This document shows positions 1 through 12,400 of a stretch of DNA of 32,746 nucleotides, one piece after another. The notes under the pieces were generated by a model. The model saw only the letters and a program-made list of their open reading frames with translations. It did no database searches and was not told where the DNA came from. Source of the DNA: Guillardia theta CCMP2712 (lineage: Eukaryota; Protista; Cryptophyta); the NCBI RefSeq assembly GCF_000315625.1, contig NW_005434476.1:16108-48853 (forward strand), given 5' to 3'. Within the stretch, counting starts at the first letter, position 1. Each line of letters opens with the position of its first letter. The position numbers were made by a program, and so were the translations under genes.

Positions 1-57
1 TGCCCCTGCCCCTGCCCCTGCCCCTGCCCCTGCTCCTGCTCCTGCTCCTGCTCCTGC
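1..57. repeat. (TGCCCC)n/(TGCTCC)n hexamer microsatellite, probably intronic
   Basis: Direct tandem hexamers; the same units fill introns elsewhere in the window (about 3920-4058, 8326-8380). Confidence 0.9.
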
Positions 58-600
58 TACCACCATTTTACTCTCCTTGTCGCCACCTCGCCGTCAGCTG
101 GAGTCTGTCCGGCCGGCTGAGTACTGCCCGGCATCAGTTGTGCGCAAAGTGATGGGGATGAGTGGGGATGGGGGCCATAGATATACATAAAAGGAATTTC
201 ATGGCAGGGGTGCAGGATCGGGGAGTGGGAGAGGAGGAGGACGAGGAGGAAAAGGACGAGGACGAGGAGAGAGTAGAGAGGAGGACGAGGACGAGGACGA
301 GGACGAGGAAGAGGAAGAGGAAGAGGAAGAGGAGGACGACGAGGACGAGGACGAGGACGACGAGGAGGAGGAGGAGGCGCGGAGGGGGTCAGGAGGAGGT
401 GGTGGTGGTGGTGCGATGAGGATGGGAAATCCTGTACGGTCAAATTAGGAAGAGGATGGAGCAGGGATGGAAGGAGAGACTGATAGGGAATGGGAAGTGA
501 ACAAGCGAAAGCAGCAGGGCAGAGCTGATCGGATTGAAGAAGAGGAGGAGCCGCTGGATGCTGAATTTGTATTAACAGAAAGAAGAGCGGGAGGGCTGTC

Positions 601-2118
601 ATGGGGAAGTACCTCGTTCATCTCCTCTCTATCCTCCTCGTTTTCCCTTCCGCCTTCGGTTTCAGCTCTTTCCCTCCGTCGCTGGCCTCACGCCCTGGGA
701 TCGACCTAGCGTCTCATCGCGCAACCACCAGCTTCTCTTCCTCTTCCTCTTCCTCTTCCTCTTCCTCCCTCCATGTTCTTCGCCAAACCCCCTCGTCCTC
801 GGTCTTCGAGTCCTCCCTTGAGCCCGGGCAGCAGAGCAAGCCGAGGCCTTGGAAACTCCTGCACATTGTGGAGCTCGCGAACAAGACGAGCGCCATGGGC
901 TGGGCGTCAGCCCGGGAGGACAGCGTGGGAGCGAGGGACAGGGACGGGACGTGGGTGCTGAAGAACGAGGAAGCGATGGAAGAGCTGAAGGCGGCGATGA
1001 AGGCGGCGATCCCCTACGCTCCCTCCTGGTCTTGGATCAACCAGTCGCCAACGGCACTAGAGGTGACGGTGGAGGAGACGGAGGGGGCGGAGGTAAAGCT
1101 GCTGTTCCTTCCTCCCGGTCAGTCTCTCCCTCCCTTTGAGTACCCGACCGGCACCGTCGTCCTGCTCAAGACGCTCTTCGGTCGCTGCGACGTGCGGCAG
1201 ATGCTCGGAAACCCTCGAGGACGCGCGCCGATGCGGGAGGCGGTGAGGACGGCGGTATCGGAAGAGGAAGTGTCCTTATACCTCGGAGGACCCTGCCGGA
1301 TTTACGGGGAAGCAACTCTGGAGAAGTCATGCTGCGTGCTAGAGGTAGCGCTGATCCCAGCGCTCAAGATCACAGGCATGCACGGGTTCGTGGAGGAGGA
1401 GAGCTACGGGCCTCTACCCTCCTCCCTCCTCCTCGACCGGCGGCACATGGAGAGTCTCCTGACTGCTCCAGGGTTCCCCGGGTATGAGGAGATGAGAGGA
1501 GGGAGAGGAGAGGTTGGAGCAGAGGAGGAGGAGGAGGAGGGAGAGTCGTCGAGAGACATCTCATCGGTGGACCTGGAGGGGCTAAGGACGAGGATCGGAG
1601 GGCTGGAGGAGGAGCTTGAGGCGATCGTGAGGAGGGCGTTTGCGACGAGGAGGCTACCGAGGGAGGCGATGAGAAGGTTGGGGGTCAGCCACGTGAAGGG
1701 GATGCTGCTCTACGGCCCTCCAGGGTGCGGGAAGACGCTGATAGCGCGGGAGATCGGGAAGCTGCTGAAAGCTCGCCCGCCTAAGATCGTCAACGGGCCC
1801 GAGGTGCTAGACAAGTGGGTGGGGGAGGCAGAGAGGAACATCCGGTCGCTCTTCTATGAGGTGAGGGGAGGAGCATGGAGGGTGGGGAGGGAGAAGGGAG
1901 ATAGGGAGGAGGAGCAGGAGCAAGAGGAGGCAGGAGGAAGGAGGCAGGAGGCAGGAGGCAGGAGGCAGGAGGCAGGAGGCAGGAGGCAGGAGGCAGGGAC
2001 GGCTGACATGTTGGGTCAGGCAGAGAACGAGTGGCAGGAGTTGGGCGACAAGTCGGCCCTGCATCTCATCATCTTCGATGAGTTTGATGCCATTGCGAAA
2101 CCTCGTGGGATGTTGCGG
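601..2118 (+). CDS. NSF/Sec18-like AAA+ ATPase with signal peptide, Ser-rich transit peptide and N-terminal degenerate ADO/PCO-like cupin; 3' end lost in gap
   Basis: Exons 601-1860 and 2020-2118 (intron 1861-2019 GT..ctgac..AG; next donor 2119). Walker [27 protein letters not shown]-typical [25 protein letters not shown], Walker [14 protein letters not shown]-terminus [24 protein letters not shown]. Confidence 0.85.
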
Positions 2119-2219
2119 GTGAGGAGGAGGAGGAGGGGAGGGGGGGGGGGGGGGGAGGGAGGGAGGGAGGGAGGAGGACCCGGGGGGAGGGGGGGAGGGA
2201 GGAGGGCCGGGAGGGGGGA

Positions 2220-3075
2220 NNNNNNNNNNNNNNNNNNNNNNNNNNNNNNNNNNNNNNNNNNNNNNNNNNNNNNNNNNNNNNNNNNNNNNNNNNNNNNNNN
2301 NNNNNNNNNNNNNNNNNNNNNNNNNNNNNNNNNNNNNNNNNNNNNNNNNNNNNNNNNNNNNNNNNNNNNNNNNNNNNNNNNNNNNNNNNNNNNNNNNNNN
2401 NNNNNNNNNNNNNNNNNNNNNNNNNNNNNNNNNNNNNNNNNNNNNNNNNNNNNNNNNNNNNNNNNNNNNNNNNNNNNNNNNNNNNNNNNNNNNNNNNNNN
2501 NNNNNNNNNNNNNNNNNNNNNNNNNNNNNNNNNNNNNNNNNNNNNNNNNNNNNNNNNNNNNNNNNNNNNNNNNNNNNNNNNNNNNNNNNNNNNNNNNNNN
2601 NNNNNNNNNNNNNNNNNNNNNNNNNNNNNNNNNNNNNNNNNNNNNNNNNNNNNNNNNNNNNNNNNNNNNNNNNNNNNNNNNNNNNNNNNNNNNNNNNNNN
2701 NNNNNNNNNNNNNNNNNNNNNNNNNNNNNNNNNNNNNNNNNNNNNNNNNNNNNNNNNNNNNNNNNNNNNNNNNNNNNNNNNNNNNNNNNNNNNNNNNNNN
2801 NNNNNNNNNNNNNNNNNNNNNNNNNNNNNNNNNNNNNNNNNNNNNNNNNNNNNNNNNNNNNNNNNNNNNNNNNNNNNNNNNNNNNNNNNNNNNNNNNNNN
2901 NNNNNNNNNNNNNNNNNNNNNNNNNNNNNNNNNNNNNNNNNNNNNNNNNNNNNNNNNNNNNNNNNNNNNNNNNNNNNNNNNNNNNNNNNNNNNNNNNNNN
3001 NNNNNNNNNNNNNNNNNNNNNNNNNNNNNNNNNNNNNNNNNNNNNNNNNNNNNNNNNNNNNNNNNNNNNNNNNNN
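2220..3075. other. Assembly gap (N run)
   Basis: 856 N. Confidence 1.
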
Positions 3076-4571
<1,496 letters not shown>

Positions 4572-5712
4572 TCTGCTCCTCACTTGTCAGAGCTTTAACA
4601 CTTTTCAACGATCACTACTCGGTACAGGAAACGAAAGTCGTCGAGCACAAGATCTGTGTTCCTGTCCCTTCGTTTCCCTATCAGCGAATAATTTCTTTCA
4701 TTATGAAGATACGAAACTAAATCACTGCATTGTAACTATTTCATAACTCCTGATCTCGACCAAACATTCAAATTGAGTATTCCGAGCTTTTGCGGTCCTT
4801 TGAGTTTTCTTCCGATTGGCTCTATCTATATCACTTCATTTCTCGTCTTCTCGTCTCTTGACTTGATTCTCTGTCCTCCTCTCTCTCTACCATCTTCTTC
4901 TTCGTTTCTTCCATCGCCTCCTCCTCCCTCCTCTTCCTCCTTCCCTTCGCAACATTTTCCTCATTCCCCCCCCACCAAACACTACCTCCCCCACCTCTTC
5001 CCCCAACACTACCCCCACCCCAGAAATATTCTGAGTACCCCTGACCCTACCCTCATTTGTCACTATATTGACCCCTACCTGGTCACTACCCCCTTCAAAT
5101 TCACCCACCCCTACCCCCTAATATTCTGCTCTCCCCAACATCAAATTCCCCAAAAACCCCAAACAAGTGGAACCAAGGAGCCGGTAGACCAGAGATGGGG
5201 TAGGGTGGTGCTACTTGGATGAGGGTCATTGGGGTGGGGGTACAGGAAGTAGGGTATTTTTTCAGGTCGAGGTAGGGGGTGTACAAGGACAGGCGTAACC
5301 AAGGAGTAAAAAGGACCCGGTGGGTGGAATCTAGGGGGGGTAGGACATGGTGGGGTGGTTCTCAGAAAGAGCGAATGCGCGGGCTTTGAGGTGAGAAGGA
5401 GGGAGAGGGGGAGGGAGGAGGAGGAGGAGGAGGAGGAGGAGGTGGTGGTGGTGGTGGTGGTGGAGGAGGAGGAGGAGGAGGAGGGAACAGCAGCAGATAG
5501 CATGCTGATTGTAAGCATCAATAGGAGATATCAGTGAAAACAAAGCAAGCTACTGCTGCTGTCTGCAGCAAGCAAAATGTAAGCATGGCATGCAGCCGCA
5601 GCCGCTGATGCAAACTTAGAGTAAAATTCAATGGACATCCCTGTAGAAGCTCTCCTGTTCTCGACAACTAATCCTCTCTTACCTAGATGTGCAAGTAGGG
5701 ACAGCGTCAAGA

Positions 5713-7342
5713 ATGTCACAGGCGTTGCAGAGCGTGAGCTCTGTGGCGAAGCAAATTGACGAGAATGTGAAATCATTTCTTGTGTTGATTCAAAGTCTTG
5801 AAACTGAGGGGAAAGCAAAGGAAGAGAACGTGAAGAAGTACCAACAGCAGGTCATCCAGCTGCAGAAGAGTGAATCTAAATATCTGGCACGGATAAAGAA
5901 CCTTGTGGATGAGAACACGAGCCTGCGGATGCAGGTAGGAGAGAAGGACGACTTGATTCGTAAGTATCAGGATGACATGGAGAACATGAATGCAAAGTGG
6001 AAGTCCATCCTGAATCAGTACCACTCGATCAAAGAACAGATGAAGGCGGTGAAGAGCTCCATCTCCAAGAGCAAGACAAGACTCCTGAGCAGGGGAGAGG
6101 TAGCGGACATCGAGAAGAACTGCGATGAATTACAGAAAGCTGCCAATGACGCTTCGAAACAAGTGGAAACAAGTGCATTCCAGAAGCCTCAGCCAAGCAC
6201 CATGGAAAGGAGGGGGGAAACGGCTAGTGCAGACGTTCAGCATGGAGGGACTCTTTTCACTTCACCTACACGAAGTCCAGCTGCGGACAAGTCCTCTGCG
6301 TCGTCAAACAATTCAGCCAAAAAGAAGAAATCCTTGCGACTCAGGAGAAGTCTGGACTTTGAAGGCAAGCAACCCTCTAGGCCTGCGGGGGCAGCAGCAA
6401 CAACAACAGCAGTAGCAGCAGCAGCAGCAGCAGCTCATTCACAAGAGAATATTGGCTCGTCGGTCGATCAGCATGAAGAGTTGCTCCGCTCCTCACAGGC
6501 TGCAGAGGCTGATGCAGACAGAGCAGCAGAGGCTCAAAGTAATGCTGAGATAGTTGTTGCCGAAACTCCCCCAGAAGTCGACTACAACCCTTCACAGAAC
6601 TCTCCTATACTCATCAGGCGGAATGAGAAGTCAAAATGTGCAGAGGTGACCAACGATGTAGAGGAAGATGTTGGTCAAGAAAGCTGTGTGTCCTTCACGC
6701 ATGGCGGAATGGAGCCGAGTGCCTCTCCTCGCATCCGAGATGAAGATCATGATTCCTTCATGGATGAGGCAGACTCGGACAATCGCCAGGTACAAATCTC
6801 TCAAGGACAAGCGCATCAGGAGTCAGCTAAAGCACAAGAAGCTGCCAGTGCTCCCCATCATGACAAGAAGAGAAAGACTTGGGACCTGCAAGACCAGCCT
6901 GATGGTAAAGTCAGCCCAGCAAAGAGTGGAGGTGTGGTGTACAAGTGCAGAACCGTTGATCGGGAGGGCAGTAAGAACTCTCGGTATCAGCAACATCCTG
7001 AGCTGGAGGAGAAGACAAGGAGTGAAGGCAGCAGCAGAGGCAAGCCAGCTGTTCTAGTCAACTGTGTCACTCGGAAGAAGGCGGAACGAGCTGACCTCAG
7101 AGGTTTCACATGCGACTGCTGCGACAAGTTCTTTGGAAAGGTTCGAGGATCCTTTTTGTTGCTCGTTTTCTTCACCCTTACCGGAATGTCTTTCTGTCCA
7201 GGTGTCTGAAGGATCATATGACATGCCCAAGCAACATCTCTGCCAGCAGTTTTCCCGTCATCGGTATCAGTTTTCTCCCCCTAAGACGCCGCCAAGCTTC
7301 TGGAGGATCGGCTTCACTCAGTCACAGCCTATAGATGATTGA
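5713..7342 (+). CDS. COM1: CtIP/Sae2/COM1 DNA end-resection protein
   Basis: N-terminal coiled coil, long low-complexity linker, C-terminal TRKKAERADLRGFTCDCCDKFF (CxxC) and FSRHRYQFSPPKTPPSFWRIGF (RHR motif). Exons 5713-7140 and 7202-7342 (61-nt intron). Start codon uncertain; an upstream exon is possible (acceptor-like ctaat..cctag near 5686). Confidence 0.9.
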
Positions 7343-7545
7343 CGCTGATCGTAGCAATGATGTCTAGTATGTAAATCGTTTACCCTCCCTACCAGTCAAA
7401 TGACCGTCACAAGCACCAGCATCTGGGAATCACAGCGGCCAGTAAACTTTCACGGCCGCCCGGGAGGCTCCGGGGATCCGCCGGTCCGGATTGGTGACCG
7501 TCGGGATTGGACCGAGCCGGAGGGGGCAAGGAATAAGAAGCAACG

Positions 7546-9399
7546 ATGGCTGGGGGGTCTGGAGCAGACCTGGAGGTCAAACACTGAAAACTTGTGTGGA
7601 AGAGCCGATGAGCTCTCGTGACTGATAGGCAGACTGATAGCTGGACTGATAGGTGACCCCTGCTGGTGCTGGTGCTCAGCTGGAGCAGGTGCTGGAAGGG
7701 GATGAGAAACTTCTGCTAGGGGATGAGGGCTACGTTTCGGGATCTGATGATGAAGCGCGTGGATATGGANNNNNNNNNNNNNNNNNNNNNNNNNNNNNNN
7801 NNNNNNNNNNNNNNNNNNNNNNNNNNNNNNNNNNNNNNNNNNNNNNNNNNNNNNNNNNNNNNNNNNNNNNNNNNNNNNNNNNNNNNNNNNNNNNNNNNNN
7901 NNNNNNNNNNNNNNNNNNNNNNNNNNNNNNNNNNNNNNNNNNNNNNNNNNNNNNNNNNNNNNNNNNNNNNNNNNNNNNNNNNNNNNNNNNNNNNNNNNNN
8001 NNNNNNNNNNNNNNNNNNNNNNNNNNNNNNNNNNNNNNNNNNNNNNNNNNNNNNNNNNNNNNNNNNNNNNNNNNNNNNNNNNNNNNNNNNNNNNNNNNNN
8101 NNNNNNNNNNNNNNNNNNNNNNNNNNNNNNNNNNNNNNNNNNNNNNNNNNNNNNNNNNNNNNNNNNNNNNNNNNNNNNNNNNNNNGTCCGCCGGCGTGCT
8201 CGTACTTTCCTTCCTTCGTCGGTCGGTCCGAAGGCCGTGGGCAGTGGAGGCGGTAGTCGGTTGGTGGCAGTGGAGTAGTAATTAACGCGACCCGGGGGAG
8301 GAAGGGAAGGGAGTGGGGGGAGGGGAGCAGGGGCAGGGGCAGGGGCAGGGGCAGGGGCAGGGGCAGGGGCAGGGGCAGGAGGAAGAGGAACAAGAGGAGG
8401 GTGATGCCCATCGCAGGTTCCGATTCTGCTCAACATGAAGGCGATGAGGCTGCTGACGGTGGAGACCATGATGATGTTTCGCTCCATCGCCACCGTCGCC
8501 GTCGCTCTCGGCGACAGCCTCATCCTCGGCTCCCAGCTCAGCCGCCGCCAGATGGTCGCGTGCGCCGTCATCTCCCTGGGCGGCAGCATCTACGCCTCCT
8601 CCGACCTTCGTTTCAACGCGCGGGGATACGCGTGGGGTCTGGCGTACGCGCTGTCGATGGTGGTGAACACGATCTACGTCAAGTTCTCCTTCGAGAAGAA
8701 CAAGGGGATGAACTCTTGGGAGAAGACCTACCTCAACAACCTCCTCGCCTCCCCCGTCATCCTCCTCCTCTCTTTCCTCACTGAGGACATGTCGTCTCTT
8801 CACCGCAAGGTCGTGGAGATCGAGCTCCTCCCGCTCGTCTGGGTTCTTCTTTCCTGCGTGATCGGCCTAGGTAGCCTCGGGATCCAGGAGGATGAAACTT
8901 GACGGAGCATGCAGGCATCAGCTTCAGTGGGACGATGTGCCGTGACGTCCTCTCCGCCACCTCCTTCGACGTCCTCGGCAACTGCAACAAGTACCTCACC
9001 CTCGCCTTCAACTCCATCGTCCTCGGTGAACTCAAGTCTCTTCATCCTCCCCGCCCTTTCCCCCCTCCTTCAAGTCTCCTCCTCCTCCCGTCTCCTCGTC
9101 ACCTTCTCCTCCATTCCCTCTTCCCCTCCTCTCCCTTGTCCTTCGTTCCTCGTGCTCTTCTGCTGCATCCTCCAGTCTCTGCCGTCGATCCCTCGTATTT
9201 CTTCAGCGCTGCTCTCTCTGACCAGTGTCAACAGGCTCGTCAACCACTCCCCTCTCTCTCTTCGGCGTCCTCCTCGCCCTTACAGGCACCACCTCCTCCT
9301 CCCTCCTCCTCCTTGCTTACGCTCCTCGCAGGTGGCGCACTCTACTCCCCAGCTGGGGGCCTCCTGGTCTCTCGGCTGACAGCCAAGAAGAAAGACTGA
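7546..9399 (+). CDS. Nucleotide-sugar transporter (GDP-sugar transporter, GONST/Vrg4-like, DMT/TPT superfamily)
   Basis: Exons 7546-7575, 7653-gap, 8417-8870, 8915-9025, 9235-9285, 9332-9399. Multiple TM helices; motifs NMKAMRLLTVETMMMFRS, YLNNLLASP, LSCVIGLGISFSG, SATSFDVLGNCNKYLT; ends AKKKD. Confidence 0.85.
7770..8185. other. Assembly gap (N run)
   Basis: 416 N inside the transporter gene. Confidence 1.
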
Positions 9400-9452
9400 G
9401 CTCTTCCCTAGTTTATCTACACGCTCATCGCGTTAACCTCTCCCTCCGTCAT

Positions 9453-12400
9453 TCACACGCTCGCCACTCTCTCCAGCTCCCTCCCTCCCTCCTCTGTCGC
9501 CGCGTCTCTCTCTTGCAGCCATGCCGCCTGCTGCTGTCGGCTGATCATCCGCAGCTGGTTCATCACTGCCAACCCTGTCAGCTCCTCCCCCTCACCTCGC
9601 ATGCTCACGGTTTGATCGTCGCGTGTCCGCCTCGCTCAGCGTCTTCTCCAGCGACTGCGACGCCTTCCAGGAGCGCTCCTGCTGCTGCTTCAGCCGCTTC
9701 GCCTGCTTGCCGACGGCCTTTTCCCTCGCCTTCTTGACCTGCGCCTCCATCTGAGACAGCTTCTCTGCTATTCTGCTCTTCGTCGCCTCGTATCGCTGCC
9801 GTTGACTCTCGTCCGTGTACCAGTCAAGGAAGGTTATCATGATCTTGGAGCCCTCTTCCGTCCTGTCCACCTCGTCGTTGGCGTCGTCCTCCATCTCCGA
9901 GGCCTTGTGGTTGTACTCAGGGATGAAGCACGAGCTGATCTCCCCGTCCTCCAGCATCCGCAGCAGCGCCTTCCTATTCTCTTGGATCACGCAGATCACC
10001 TGTGCCCTTCCGTTAGCTCCTAGCAGCATCGCAGCCCCCTCTCCCGTTCGCCCTCATCCTCCCTCTCTGCCTCAGCGCTCCTCTCTCGCTCCTCCTCGCG
10101 CTCCCCCCCTCTGCCTCACATTTCTGATGACACATCCGATGCCGATCTGCAGGTCTCGCTCCTCGGGGAACTCGTGGAACATGTGGAGGAGGTGGAGGAT
10201 GCCCCCGGCGTCTCGGAACACTTGCTTCTCCGCGATCCACTCGAAGCTGAGCCCCTGCATGATGGAGAAAGCTCCAGCCTTGGTCAGAGGCAGCCGGAGG
10301 CAGTGCAGGATGAGGCTGTCTCGCAGGTCGAGCAGCGCTGCTTCCTTCATCGCGTTCCTGATGAGATCTGTGTTCTGATTCGCAATCCTGAACAAAGAAT
10401 GAGCTGCTCCAAACAGACAACATCGTGCAAACAACAGCACACAGACAACATGACTTCACCTGTTGATGATCCGCACGACGTTCAAGTAGAAGGAAGGGTC
10501 GGTGATGGGAAAGGTCTCAAGGAGAGGCTCGAAGAGCGACGCGAGGCAGCGGCAGACGTTGGAGGCCTGGAAGGAAGGGATCTCGGGGTCCTTGTCGAAG
10601 TGGTCGACCACCTCTCGGATGGCGAGGAAGTGGAGCGACTCGTTGTCCGTCAGCTCCTTGAGCCGCAGGTGCTTCACCTGGTCCCGGAAGATGCCGCACA
10701 TGAGCAGCCTCCCAATCACCTTCTGCATCGGCGACTGCTTCAGCCCCACCACCGCCTTCACCCTCGGGTCCTCCGACACCACGTCCGAGATCGACGTCAC
10801 CCTCAGCTGGTGCAGAAACCTCCTGCACCAGTCGATGCCTCCATGGGCCAGGATGGTGCTGACGCTGTAGGGGTTCTCGAGGACGGTCAGCACCATCTTC
10901 AAGGCGCACAGAATAACGTCAGTCTTGTCACAGTGGCTGAGCACCTCCAAGACGATCTGCATGGCTTGCGGGAACAAGATCAAGGTGGACTGCTCGGTGA
11001 GAGACAGCTCGATCAGAGCCGAGCACGTCAGGATCGTCACCTCGTGCTGCTGCAGGATCTTGCACAGGATCTCGAACCCGTTGGCTCGTTCGAACCATCG
11101 GCTCGTCTTCCCATCCCTCATGAGGAGCGTCAGCAGCTTCAGGGCTCCATGGCGGCAGGCCTCCTCCTGCGAGTCGAGCACGCAGAACACGTAGTCCACG
11201 CCTGTGCTGCCTCGGATGGCGTCGGGAGAGAGGTCCCCCTGCTTCAGCAGCTGGATCACGAGCTCCACCACCTGTGCCCTCACGTTCACTCCCGTGCTGT
11301 CGCCGTCCACCAGGAAGGCGACTGTCTGCTTGAACTCTTGGGGGCCCCAGAGAGGAGCCGTGTGCCGGACCAGGTTGAGAAGCACGGGGACAACGGAGGC
11401 GTCGGAGGATGAGAGAAAGTGATAGATGACCTGAAGTCCCAGCTGGGGCTGCCGCATCCAAGTCTCGCAGGTGACAGAGGAGCCAGTCATGAACTTGTCG
11501 TCTATGAGCAGCAACACGCTCCTCTTGAGGTAGTCGGAGTTGAACGACAGCAGGTACACCACAATCGCCACGCACTCCCCGACGTTGAGCCCTGACGTCC
11601 CGCCCAAGGAGGCCATCTTGATTAGGGTGTGGAAGACCGGGAGAGAGACGTCGACGCTCGATTTGAAGATGTACAGGAGGATGTTGTACCCGTTCAAGAT
11701 CGCAAACTCCGCCCTAGAAGACTCCCAGGTCCTCATGAGCTGCGCTAGGATCTCGAGGACCGTCTGCTTGTGATGAGACTTGACGGAGTGGAGGAGTCTG
11801 ATCACGAGCCTGATCCCTCCTGTCTCCGTCAGGCACTGCTGGAAGCTCTCTGTGCTGTGTGTTTGCAGGAACCCTCCGTACTCTGAAGGCGCCTCCTCCT
11901 GATAGCCTTTCTTCGGCCAAGCTGAGAACGAGTGGATCTTGTCCGAAGACTTACGGGCAGTTGAAGTTGCGTCGGCGTTGAGCGACTGAGTGAAGCGGTC
12001 AATAAGGTTCTCAGCTATGTTGCTCCAGGACGGCGACCCCAAGGCCTCGATGTCCATCATGGTCGAGGACAAGAGGCTTGACTTGGACTCCACGCAGTTC
12101 TTCGGGTGGATGATGGACATGAACTTCATGTCGGTGTTCATCGACTTGAGCCGCACGCTATCGACTTGGAGGGTACCCAACGAGTGAACGCTAGAGACCA
12201 TCTTGCTGTCCCACACTCCCTCAGTGATGTAGATCGTGCTCACAGCCCCCCTGAACGTCCCCTGGCTCGCGTCTTTGCTGTCTCCGAAGAACCAGCCGGT
12301 CAGAGGCTTCTCCTTTGAGAAGCTCCCGGACTGCGAGTGCGGGTAGGTCAGGAAGCTACAGCTCTGGATGAAGGACCCGTCCACGTAGAGGCTCAGGGTG

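Noticed and set aside
162-600. Acidic/Arg-rich short ORFs
   Set aside because: Products of (GAGGAC/GAGGAA/GGA)n low-complexity intergenic DNA
4965-5360. Telomere-like repeats
   Set aside because: ACCC/GGGT words are dispersed and irregular, not a tandem telomeric unit
7450-8589. ORFs across the second gap, including Pro/Ala repeats
   Set aside because: Gap and microsatellite artefacts; 8186-8290 may be a low-quality piece of a transporter exon
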